The notes under the pieces: model-generated
Database searches by the model: none
What the model saw: only the letters and a program-made list of their open reading frames with translations
Told to the model about the DNA's origin: nothing
Translations under genes and position numbers: made by a program
Virus record (IMG/VR): IMGVR_UViG_3300037602_000037
DNA length: 64,000 nt
From: a virus
Taxonomy: Duplodnaviria; Caudoviricetes
Direction: 5' to 3' (one strand)
In this document: positions 9,742-17,171 of the stretch, piece by piece
How the letters are laid out: each line of letters starts with the position of its first letter
Numbering within the stretch: the first letter of the stretch is position 1

Positions 9742-9987
9742 ATGAACGTTATCTACCAAGTAGATGGTTTAGCTATTGGGTCTAAAGTAAGGAAAATAAA
9801 AGGATACGATTGGCCAGGTATTATACGATCCTTCACGACTGTTTCAACGGGTGTAGTAACCGCCGCAGTTGAAAGTAGACTATCCCCTGGTACTACCCAT
9901 GTGTTTCCTCCAGCAGCTTTGATGCTAGAAAATAGATCAGATGAAGAAATATTAGGTGAAGTACGTAATAGATTTTTGACCGAGTAA
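9742..9987 (+). CDS. DfrB/R67 type II dihydrofolate reductase-like SH3 protein
   Basis: GSKVRKIKGYDWPG...AAVESRLSPGTTHVFPPAAL aligns by eye with R67 GDRVRKKSGAAWQG...YAVESEAHPGSVQIYPVAAL. Confidence 0.65.
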   Translation: MNVIYQVDGLAIGSKVRKIKGYDWPGIIRSFTTVSTGVVTAAVESRLSPGTTHVFPPAALMLENRSDEEILGEVRNRFLTE

Positions 9988-10000
9988 AGGATTTACTAAT

Positions 10001-10576
10001 ATGGATATAGATAAAAAAGTCAAGCCATTACCTCGTAAACAAATTGAAGAACTCAAAGTAGTTATTGAGAAAAGATGGAAAGATAAGCCACATTACGATG
10101 GAGAAGGTTCTTTAGGTTCTCCAGGGTGTGTTCTTAGGGCTCATGAAGTTTTAGGACTCATATACACTATTGAAAACCTAGAAGAAGCGCTAACTCAAGC
10201 AAACTCTTTAAGTCCACATTCTATTTTTCAAAGTAGAGTTGATAACTGGCTCCACGAATGCTTTGGAGAAGCTACGTCTAACAATGTAGAAGAACGTTGT
10301 GATAGGTTTATAGAAGAAGCCTTGGAGCTGGTGCAAGCTAACGGTTCTAGTAAAGAAAGAGTGTTAGCTTTGGTAGACTACGTGTTTGGTAGAGAAGAAG
10401 GTGATGTAAATCAAGAAATTGGTGGTGTTATTATAACATTGAATGCTCTCGCGTCTGCTACAAATAAAAGTGTAGCTAACGCCGCAGAATGTGAATTGGC
10501 TAGGGTTTGGGATAAAATGGATGTTATTAGGCAAAAGCAAGCTAATAAACCAAAAGGTTCCGCCTTACCACAATAG
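10001..10576 (+). CDS. MazG-like (all-alpha NTP pyrophosphatase) domain protein
   Basis: FQSRVDNW...RFIEEALELVQA...QEIGGV motif. Confidence 0.65.
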   Translation: MDIDKKVKPLPRKQIEELKVVIEKRWKDKPHYDGEGSLGSPGCVLRAHEVLGLIYTIENLEEALTQANSLSPHSIFQSRVDNWLHECFGEATSNNVEERCDRFIEEALELVQANGSSKERVLALVDYVFGREEGDVNQEIGGVIITLNALASATNKSVANAAECELARVWDKMDVIRQKQANKPKGSALPQ

Positions 10577-10596
10577 TCAACTAAAGGATCAAATAA

Positions 10597-10989
10597 ATGG
10601 AAAATATTACGAGATACTCACCGTATATTGAAGAATTAGTAAAACCACATAGTTATAGTGTATTTGTTGACGATAATCACGTACCTGTTTTCCAATGTAA
10701 TATTTCCCTTGATGATTATATCAAGTTAGTAGTACCTGTGGCTGAATCTTCTTTACATATGAGTAATTTAATTCTTAACAAGGATAAAACCCACGAAATC
10801 AAAATAACTTATTATAGCAGTAAGGGTGAAGAAGTTATTAGTCTAAAATTATTTGTTACCGACACAAAAATGGAATTGGAACACGGAATAGACGATGACG
10901 AACTTGGTGATACTATACTAGCAGTATATAGTTCAAAAATTGTTACTAAATATTTTGAACTAAAAAATTCAGATGGTAAACCTCAATAG
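10597..10989 (+). CDS. hypothetical protein
   Basis: AAGGA SD, 130 aa. Confidence 0.6.
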   Translation: MENITRYSPYIEELVKPHSYSVFVDDNHVPVFQCNISLDDYIKLVVPVAESSLHMSNLILNKDKTHEIKITYYSSKGEEVISLKLFVTDTKMELEHGIDDDELGDTILAVYSSKIVTKYFELKNSDGKPQ

Positions 10990-11004
10990 TATAAGGAAAA
11001 TGAT

Positions 11005-11513
11005 ATGAATTATTACGCTGGTATAGGTGCTAGAGAAACTCCGGAAGAAGTATTAAAACAAATGGAAAGTATTTCTAGCAGAATGCGTGAATTAGGTTAC
11101 ACGCTTAGGTCCGGTGGAGCTAGAGGCGCGGATACAGCTTTTGAAAGTAACAGTGGGTCACAAAAAGAAATCTATTTGCCTTATAGAGGATTTGCTAATA
11201 GAGTAGCATCTACCAGTGTAATGTATCCCCTGAATTATCTAATTATGGCGAGGCCGAATTAATAGCAGCGTCTTTCCACCCTAAATGGAAAAGTTTAAAT
11301 GAATACCAAAAAAGGTTTATCATTAGGAATACATATCAAGTACTGGGTAGAGATTTAAAAACGCCGTCCAATTTGATTATATGTTGGACTAAAAATGGTA
11401 AAGCGGTTGGGGGTACTGGACAAGCTTTGAGAATGGCTAAGGAATATGGTATTAAAGTAATCAATTTGAAGATTAATAGTTTTGACATTTGGTACGAAAA
11501 TCGTAGTAGTTAA
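11005..11513 (+). pseudogene. frameshifted SLOG/DprA-like nucleotide-binding protein
   Basis: N-half YAGIGARETP..LRSGGARGAD..EIYLP continues in the -1 frame as ...HPKW..RNTYQVLG..ICWT..GGTGQALRMA..VINL, ending at TAA 11513. Confidence 0.75.
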
Positions 11514-11534
11514 ATATCCGCGAGAGGAAATAAA

Positions 11535-11954
11535 ATGTTGGACTTGAAAAATATAGTCCCTGTAGCTGTAAGGTGCGTTAATTGTGGGAATACTTGGAGT
11601 AATGAACAGTTCGATCAGAGAGAAGAAGGTTCTCAACCGTGCTGCGATCATCCTATACCAGAGAATATTTATACTCAATCCCAATTAAATGAAGTGTTAA
11701 AGCGAGTATTGGTTTTAATCAAAAAGTCAAATAGTAATCTAGATACTTTACTTGAAGAGGTTATACAAACTTTGGAACCTTTTGCCAAGCAATCAAATGA
11801 ATTTAAACTAGCGTGGTCCCCAGATACGCATATGTCAATGCTACCACGAAATGACGTTACCTTAAAGGTGGGAGAAGTATTAAAAGCTCATAGTTTACAC
11901 ACTAAACTATCCGAGTTCAATATTTTACTACAAAATAAAAATGGAAGTAAATAA
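11535..11954 (+). CDS. hypothetical protein (N-terminal Cys motif)
   Basis: GAGGA SD; CVNCG...CCDH. Confidence 0.6.
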   Translation: MLDLKNIVPVAVRCVNCGNTWSNEQFDQREEGSQPCCDHPIPENIYTQSQLNEVLKRVLVLIKKSNSNLDTLLEEVIQTLEPFAKQSNEFKLAWSPDTHMSMLPRNDVTLKVGEVLKAHSLHTKLSEFNILLQNKNGSK

Positions 11955-12454
11955 TGATTAGTGATTCAACGGAAAAAGTTATAGGCCATATAAAAAATGC
12001 AATAGCCGAGAATATTAGTGATCCTCCAAATGAGTCTTATACTATGACAATTGGACCGTATAAACTGTCTGGTAGTGGAGGTACTATAGTAGGAATAAGG
12101 TACGATACTGATGGCACAATACATGCTATTCTTGAAAATGGAACCACCTTTGAATTGGAAGTAGACGATAACGACAATGTAAATGTATCTGTTATTTCAT
12201 CTGAAATACTACCACTGATTCCATTGCAAACTGCTTTAGTACCTGCTGAAGACGAAGACTTTTTACCTACCAAAAATAAAACTATTGAGACGATGGTAGC
12301 CAATTTCCTTAAGTGGGAATTACCTGAAGATTTTTCTCCCGATGGAGGTATAACTTTTTCTAAGTCTGATAGTATGCCAGTAGGTACTAATCTGTTGACA
12401 TATGAGCAAGCCAAGAATATGATTGAATTTATAACTAAGGGTGTACTGAAATGA
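11954..12454 (+). CDS. hypothetical protein
   Basis: C-terminal FLKWELPEDFSPDGGI...PVGTNLL motif seen in phage accessory proteins. Confidence 0.6.
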   Translation: MISDSTEKVIGHIKNAIAENISDPPNESYTMTIGPYKLSGSGGTIVGIRYDTDGTIHAILENGTTFELEVDDNDNVNVSVISSEILPLIPLQTALVPAEDEDFLPTKNKTIETMVANFLKWELPEDFSPDGGITFSKSDSMPVGTNLLTYEQAKNMIEFITKGVLK

Positions 12455-12726
12455 TAATTTTGGGTAACCGCATTCATAAAGATGTTATCGACAGATACGA
12501 TGATATGCTTAAAACTAAAACGAATGAAATTAAACCAACACCAGGATATGAATTAAGTCCTAGCCATCTTAGGTGGATGTTGGTAAATATTAAATATGAG
12601 GCAGATTTGTTTAAAGCCCAGCGTTGGCTTGGGTTCGTACAAGCTGGCGTAGTAATTTTAGGTTTAACAACGGTTGAAAAAGAAAGAGATTTCACCAGAC
12701 CTTACTTTTCCGATAATAGTAAGTAG
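12451..12726 (+). CDS. hypothetical protein
   Basis: KAQRWLGFVQ motif typical of a small phage protein family. Confidence 0.6.
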   Translation: MIILGNRIHKDVIDRYDDMLKTKTNEIKPTPGYELSPSHLRWMLVNIKYEADLFKAQRWLGFVQAGVVILGLTTVEKERDFTRPYFSDNSK

Positions 12727-12833
12727 TTTAGGTCGGTGTAGTAAAACGTTTGTTCTGGTAGCTACTACCAATTAGTTGTTTACTAGTTTGTAACTCCAAT
12801 ATATAATAGTATAAAAGGAGAAAGGTTTACCCG

Positions 12834-13292
12834 ATGATGATAACCGACCGTCGTATAAAAATTGGAATTATGGCTTTGGACCCTAAAGCTTGGCATCCTG
12901 AATATGCTACTAAGGGTTCTGTTGGAGCTGATTTGAGAGCCTGTATAGACAGTCAAATCGAAATTGGTCCCGGACAAACAAAAGTAATATCGACTGGTAT
13001 TGCTATTGACCTGCCCTATAATTACGCGGCGGAAGTGCGTAGCCGTTCGGGTATGGCCGCTAAAAATAGTGTGGTAGTAGCTAATAGCCCTGGTACTATC
13101 GACTCTGACTACAAGGGCGAAATAAAAGTAATTTTGATTAACCATGGGGATAAGGATACCATAATATTCCCGCGTCAGCGTATAGCGCAGCTAGTTATTG
13201 TACCGGCTTACCGAGCGGACTTTGAAAGTATATACGAAATGACAGAATCTACCAGAGGTAAAGGTGGATTAGGTTCAACCGGTAATGAATGA
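12834..13292 (+). CDS. dut: trimeric dUTPase
   Basis: GADL, RSRSG, GTIDSDYKGE, RIAQL, RGKGGLGSTG motifs. Confidence 0.97.
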   Translation: MMITDRRIKIGIMALDPKAWHPEYATKGSVGADLRACIDSQIEIGPGQTKVISTGIAIDLPYNYAAEVRSRSGMAAKNSVVVANSPGTIDSDYKGEIKVILINHGDKDTIIFPRQRIAQLVIVPAYRADFESIYEMTESTRGKGGLGSTGNE

Positions 13293-13326
13293 AAAACGTT
13301 TAGTAAACCAAACGAAGGAAGATAAG

Positions 13327-13533
13327 ATGAAACTGAATGAAGTTGTGGAAGTTCGTGGTGTTACAAAGAAGGGCAAGGACCGAGTAAAGCGTCACGGCAG
13401 CAAATGGAAGGTTATCCGTACTAGCGGTAACGGATTTCTTTTGAGTTCGGTGGAAACACAGTACAATAAGTGGGTTTACACAAACGTTAAAAACGATTTC
13501 GAGGTAGTCCGAAATCTCGAAAACGTGGGCTAA
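13327..13533 (+). CDS. small hypothetical protein
   Basis: AAGGA SD before ATG at 13327 (MKLNEVVEV). Confidence 0.55.
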   Translation: MKLNEVVEVRGVTKKGKDRVKRHGSKWKVIRTSGNGFLLSSVETQYNKWVYTNVKNDFEVVRNLENVG

Positions 13534-13540
13534 TTATCGT

Positions 13541-13898
13541 CTTGAGCTAACGGTAAAGTGCCTACGTTAGGATCGTAGTTCTCCCCGCTCTACGATCCGA
13601 AACTCAAGTGGTAGTAAACTGTCCTGCTACCTTTTGGTGATAGAAATTGTCGTGGACAGTTTGGCAATAACGCCCTCCCGTACCGGCATCTAACAAACGG
13701 GATGATAGACTGACAGGAAGGAAAAGACTTCAATGTGGAGAGGGAAAGTAAAATTTCCCTCTCTGCGACCTTTGTAATTAGGCGAGTGTTGCTGAAGTCA
13801 TTAGTGTAGACAAGGTGCGGCCCATTAGCGGGACAGCGATCTGGTTAGGCCAGCCGGAGCTAGATAAACACCGTCGCAACATTCACCTAATTACAAAG
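13541..13898 (+). ncRNA. array of structured non-coding RNA modules upstream of tRNA-Leu
   Basis: Tandem stems CTTGAG/CTCAAG, AAACTGTCC/GGACAGTTT, TCCCGT/ACGGGA, GAGAGGGAAA/TTTCCCTCTC and a ~22 bp stem at 13770-13898. Confidence 0.55.
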
Positions 13899-13908
13899 TA
13901 TAATTCGT

Positions 13909-13992
13909 GGCCACGTGTCGGAATTGGTAGACGATGGGGACTTAAAATCCCTTGCCTAGTGCGTGCGGGTTCGACTCCCGCCGTGGCCACCA
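13909..13992 (+). tRNA. tRNA-Leu(UAA)
   Basis: GGCCACG/CGTGGCC acceptor stem, anticodon TAA at 13943-13945, long variable arm, GTTCGA, CCA end. Confidence 0.95.
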
Positions 13993-14031
13993 ATTATACT
14001 TTGGTAAGCAAATGTGAAAGAGGAATCACAT

Positions 14032-14265
14032 ATGGGTGCTAGACTTTTAGAAAACGAAGATATTGATAAGTTTATTCCTGAACTCAAAAAGTTAGACGAC
14101 GTAGGATACGTCGAGGAAGGTCCAGTGGATGAGCTTAGAAAAGAGATAGAGCTTCGAGTTGGTTACCCCATTGCTCGTTCTTTGTTCTTTAGATTGATTA
14201 AATATGAGATGGCAGAACGGTACATAGAAAAGGTGTTAAATTCCAAGGAAGATTCAAATGGCTAA
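14032..14265 (+). CDS. hypothetical protein
   Basis: GAGGA SD before ATG at 14032. Confidence 0.55.
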   Translation: MGARLLENEDIDKFIPELKKLDDVGYVEEGPVDELRKEIELRVGYPIARSLFFRLIKYEMAERYIEKVLNSKEDSNG

Positions 14266-14494
14266 AACAACTGGCACTGTCTCAATTGGGGACGAAGTAG
14301 ATTGCGGCGGCGCTGTAGGTAAAGTAAAAGCAATTGAAGGAGCTTACGTAATAGTTAAAGGTGTTTATGACTACGGCGGTTTAGTAGAACCTTACACTTT
14401 TGAATACAAAAAGGAAGAACTAGAAGCTTGTTCTATTAATGAGTGTAACCAACGGGATGCTTCTAATTTGGAACATGGTTACGTGGTAGCTTAA
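14258..14494 (+). CDS. hypothetical protein
   Basis: ORF track, SD present. Confidence 0.55.
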   Translation: MAKTTGTVSIGDEVDCGGAVGKVKAIEGAYVIVKGVYDYGGLVEPYTFEYKKEELEACSINECNQRDASNLEHGYVVA

Positions 14495-14599
14495 ACTTGA
14501 AATTAGGGTGTGTCGTCTTTAATGACATTAAATCGCTGTTGAATAATCGACTGGCTAAGTAGATTTGCGTTCTACCCCTTGTACCTTGAAAGGTAAATT

Positions 14600-14872
14600 A
14601 TGAGAGATGCTGATTTTGACAGTTTTTTAATTGATCCTTATAAAAAAGCTACTTATGAAGATAATAAAAAACAACGCTATTCCATCGTGGAACCGGAATA
14701 TGAAGAAGGTGATCCAACTTGGTCCGTATTATGTCATTATCAGGAAGAAGAAATTGAAGATGGTGAAGTTGTATTGTCCGGAGGCACTAAAACTTTAGGG
14801 TTGTTTCATTCAAAGCAAAGGGCGGTTGACTTTATAGTAAAAGATAGGAAAGCCAGGAAGATACATTTATGA
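14600..14872 (+). CDS. hypothetical protein
   Basis: ORF track. Confidence 0.55.
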   Translation: MRDADFDSFLIDPYKKATYEDNKKQRYSIVEPEYEEGDPTWSVLCHYQEEEIEDGEVVLSGGTKTLGLFHSKQRAVDFIVKDRKARKIHL

Positions 14873-15204
14873 CTACTACTAGTGAAGTAAGAAACGTTTG
14901 CGTTAGGATATACCCCAACGGTGAAGTAAAGTATTCTGTCAGAGACGAGGAAGGTACTAAGAGTTGGCTAGAGTATAACTCTGTATACCGTTTTGGAAAC
15001 ACGCTTTTCATCAATAGAGTGTACCAAGAAAAAACGGGATATGTTAGACCCGGTCAAAAGAACTTTGAATTGTTCCAAGAATTTGTTAATTCCTTCGAAC
15101 CGGAAGATAGTGTAGAAAGGTTCATTCGTGGTGATAATGAAGAGGGTTTTCCTTACTACCATGATGATATTCATGGGCCTTTAATTGAAGTAATCTATGA
15201 ATAA
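14869..15204 (+). CDS. hypothetical protein
   Basis: ORF track, ATGA overlap. Confidence 0.55.
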   Translation: MTTTSEVRNVCVRIYPNGEVKYSVRDEEGTKSWLEYNSVYRFGNTLFINRVYQEKTGYVRPGQKNFELFQEFVNSFEPEDSVERFIRGDNEEGFPYYHDDIHGPLIEVIYE

Positions 15205-15253
15205 CGTATCTGATGAGTTTGTGAAACTCAAACGTAACCAGAGTACTAAGTAG

Positions 15254-15433
15254 GTGAGGCTACTATAAATAATCCTCACAAGTTAGGGCGTCTGCTATAT
15301 GTGATTGGTGTAATCGGTGTTAGCTACCGAGTATAGTAGGTGAAAGCCCTTCCAATTGTTGTTGCTATTCGGTTTGGGGTCGCGACCTAAGCGTATTGCG
15401 GAGTATGAGTTCCGTCAATAACAATTGGAGAAG
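15254..15433 (+). ncRNA. structured non-coding RNA modules
   Basis: Stems GTGAGG/CCTCAC; AGGGC..TCTGCTATAT/GTATAGTAGG..GCCCT; TCCAATTGTTGTTG/CAATAACAATTGGA enclosing two hairpins. Confidence 0.5.
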
Positions 15434-15436
15434 ATT

Positions 15437-15472
15437 GGGTGCTTAGCTCAGCTGGTTAGAGCAACCGCCTTA
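15437..15472 (+). pseudogene. 5' half of interrupted tRNA (Val(UAC)-like)
   Basis: GGGTGCT-TA-GCTC-AGCTGGTTA-GAGC-A-ACCGC-CT-TA, then the tRNA pattern breaks off. Confidence 0.85.
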
Positions 15473-15476
15473 TTTT

Positions 15477-15550
15477 GGGAGTATAGCTTAGTGGTAAAGC
15501 AATCGACTTTTAATCGATTGACCCGAGTTCGATCCTCGGTGCTCCTACCA
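15477..15550 (+). tRNA. tRNA-Lys(UUU), nested
   Basis: GGGAGTA/TGCTCCT acceptor, ATCGA-CTTTTAA-TCGAT anticodon arm, GTTCGATC, CCA. Confidence 0.95.
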
Positions 15551-15574
15551 ATTAATTCGAACTAGAATACTAAT

Positions 15575-15603
15575 TCTTTTATATCGCGGGTTCGATATAA
15601 GGA
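15575..15603 (+). promoter_or_regulatory. hairpin overlapping the SD of the HNH gene
   Basis: TTTTATATCG-CGGGTT-CGATATAAGG pairs into AAGGA upstream of ATG 15612. Confidence 0.55.
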
Positions 15604-15611
15604 TTTATAAT

Positions 15612-16208
15612 ATGAAAAAATTTTTAAGGTGTAATGGTTATATTTTGTTGTATAAACCAAAACATCCTAGAGCTTTTTCAAAAGGTAAAGCAGGTAAGAA
15701 CGGATTAGCAGGATATGTATATGAACATATTTACGTAGCCGAACGAAGTATGCATAGAAGACTTAGACCGGAAGAAGATGTCCATCATATGGACTTAGAT
15801 AGATCAAATAATTCTTGGGATAATTTGTTAGTATTGGAAAATACTCAACATGGTAAATTACACGGATTCCTTAAATCTATTGGGTTAAAAGAAAATAATG
15901 TTGGACATAGTCAGCGTAAATATTCAAAAATACCTCGATGCTGCATATGCAAATTTCCTTTACGTAAAGGACAGGATATTACGTGTTCGATTAAATGTGA
16001 TAGAATCAAAAGAAAAAATAATGCAAAAGTTAAAGTTTCCTGTAAAAAATTACATAAACAGTTATCCAAACATTCTTGGGTTAAAGTGGCTGCTTACTAC
16101 GGTTTGTCAGATAACGGACTTAGAAAACACGCAAAGTCTATTGGATTAACTGTATCCGATTATAAAGGTGGTAAATTTGTAGGATACAAACAACCTGAGT
16201 TCAATTAG
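15612..16208 (+). CDS. HNH homing endonuclease (HNH + Zn finger + HTH)
   Basis: YVYEHIYVAE..DVHHMDLDRSNNSWDNLLVL..HGKLH; CCIC..CSIKC; C-terminal SWVKVAAYYGLSDNGLRK. Confidence 0.9.
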   Translation: MKKFLRCNGYILLYKPKHPRAFSKGKAGKNGLAGYVYEHIYVAERSMHRRLRPEEDVHHMDLDRSNNSWDNLLVLENTQHGKLHGFLKSIGLKENNVGHSQRKYSKIPRCCICKFPLRKGQDITCSIKCDRIKRKNNAKVKVSCKKLHKQLSKHSWVKVAAYYGLSDNGLRKHAKSIGLTVSDYKGGKFVGYKQPEFN

Positions 16209-16242
16209 TAGGTCGTGGGTTCGAGTCCCACAGCACCCACCA
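16208..16242 (+). pseudogene. 3' half of interrupted tRNA (Val-like)
   Basis: GT-AGGTC-GTGGG-TTCGAGT-CCCAC-AGCACCC-ACCA; AGCACCC pairs perfectly with GGGTGCT at 15437. Confidence 0.85.
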
Positions 16243-16260
16243 ATATTTTGGAGAACATCA

Positions 16261-16371
16261 ATGCGTTTAACTATTTACTGTATTTTTATTACTCTTTTCG
16301 TATCATCCTGTGGTATTATTCCTAAGAACTGTTCTCAAGACGAGTACTTAACCAACAGTTTATGCAATTAG
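16261..16371 (+). CDS. small putative lipoprotein (36 aa, not in ORF track)
   Basis: GGAGA SD; MRLTIYCIFITLFVSSC lipobox-like sequence. Confidence 0.55.
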   Translation: MRLTIYCIFITLFVSSCGIIPKNCSQDEYLTNSLCN

Positions 16372-16382
16372 CGAGATTTTCT

Positions 16383-16736
16383 ATGAGTGCTTATACCAAG
16401 CATAATTCAAAATTTTATTATTCTCTTGTAGATGATAAGTACTCAGTAATTGACCCCGTTACTTGGCATGTAGGTTCCATTTATGGTCCTACTATTGAAG
16501 TGCCTGAAGACTTCAATTTCGATGTATCGATACCTAAAATACTGGTTTGGTTATTCGATCCGCACGATAAACGTTATATTAAAGCTGCTTGTTTGCACGA
16601 TTACATGCTAAGTGAACTTAAGTGGAATAGGTTAACAGCCGCTGCTGAATTTCATGAAGCTTTATTGGCAGATAAAGTACCTATTTGGAGGCGGTTAGTT
16701 ATGTTTTTGGCTACTGCTTTGTATAGGTACAAATAA
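16383..16736 (+). CDS. DUF1353-family protein
   Basis: VPEDFNFDVSIP...AACLHDY...VPIWRR. Confidence 0.75.
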   Translation: MSAYTKHNSKFYYSLVDDKYSVIDPVTWHVGSIYGPTIEVPEDFNFDVSIPKILVWLFDPHDKRYIKAACLHDYMLSELKWNRLTAAAEFHEALLADKVPIWRRLVMFLATALYRYK

Positions 16737-16756
16737 TATTATCATAGGATACGATA

Positions 16757-17029
16757 ATGTCAAATAAGCTTATTAAAACTGTTACTGAGGTGAGCGCTCT
16801 ACCTATTGAAAATGCTCCGAAAGACGGTACACTAATTAAGCTACTAGTTGATTATTCAGGTAAAGAATCCCGTTATCCGTTAGATGATTTGAAAGTGGCG
16901 TGGACTATTGGTTTTAACAATCTTGACAATACAGAAATAGACGAGTGGGAAATGGTAGGATGGAATTGGTCACAAGACCATTTTACTAACGGTAAAGGTA
17001 AGGTAATAGGTTGGCTTCCGTTCTTTTAA
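16757..17029 (+). CDS. hypothetical protein (PIENAPKDGT motif, DUF551-like)
   Basis: Motif recognition, AGGA SD. Confidence 0.6.
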   Translation: MSNKLIKTVTEVSALPIENAPKDGTLIKLLVDYSGKESRYPLDDLKVAWTIGFNNLDNTEIDEWEMVGWNWSQDHFTNGKGKVIGWLPFF

Positions 17030-17047
17030 CGTAACATATAGTATGTT

Positions 17048-17071
17048 GGGCTTGTAGCTCAATTGGTTAGA
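17048..17071 (+). pseudogene. 5' fragment of interrupted tRNA (Ile-like)
   Basis: GGGCTTG-TA-GCTC-AATTGGTTA-GA, then the tRNA pattern breaks off. Confidence 0.8.
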
Positions 17072-17080
17072 TATAGTTAC

Positions 17081-17156
17081 GGGGGAGTAGCTCAATGGTT
17101 AGAGCCAGTTGCTCATAACAACTTGGTTGCAGGTTCGAGTCCTGTCTCCCCTACCA
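17081..17156 (+). tRNA. tRNA with CAU anticodon (elongator Met or Ile2), nested
   Basis: GGGGGAG/CTCCCCT acceptor, AGTTG-CTCATAA-CAACT arm, GTTCGAGT, CCA. Confidence 0.93.
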
Positions 17157-17171
17157 ACTGTTAGGTGTATA

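Larger units (their letters stand above)
15473..16208 (+). mobile_element. tRNA-Lys + HNH cassette inserted in a tRNA gene
   Basis: Lies exactly between two complementary tRNA halves. Confidence 0.75.

Noticed and set aside
10597-10989. Possible tail-tube-like fold in an early gene
   Set aside because: Only a vague resemblance over one segment; unsupported without a profile search.
13815-14042. 75-aa ORF
   Set aside because: It overlaps tRNA-Leu and the structured RNA; shadow ORF.
15210-15240. Hammerhead-like CTGATGA followed by a stem
   Set aside because: The stem is followed by GTAA rather than GAAA, stems I and III are not evident, and it lies in a plausible mini-ORF (MNNVSDEFVKLKRNQSTK).
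17109-17171. ORF-track N-terminal extension of HNH 2
   Set aside because: It overlaps the tRNA; the ATG at 17172 has an SD.
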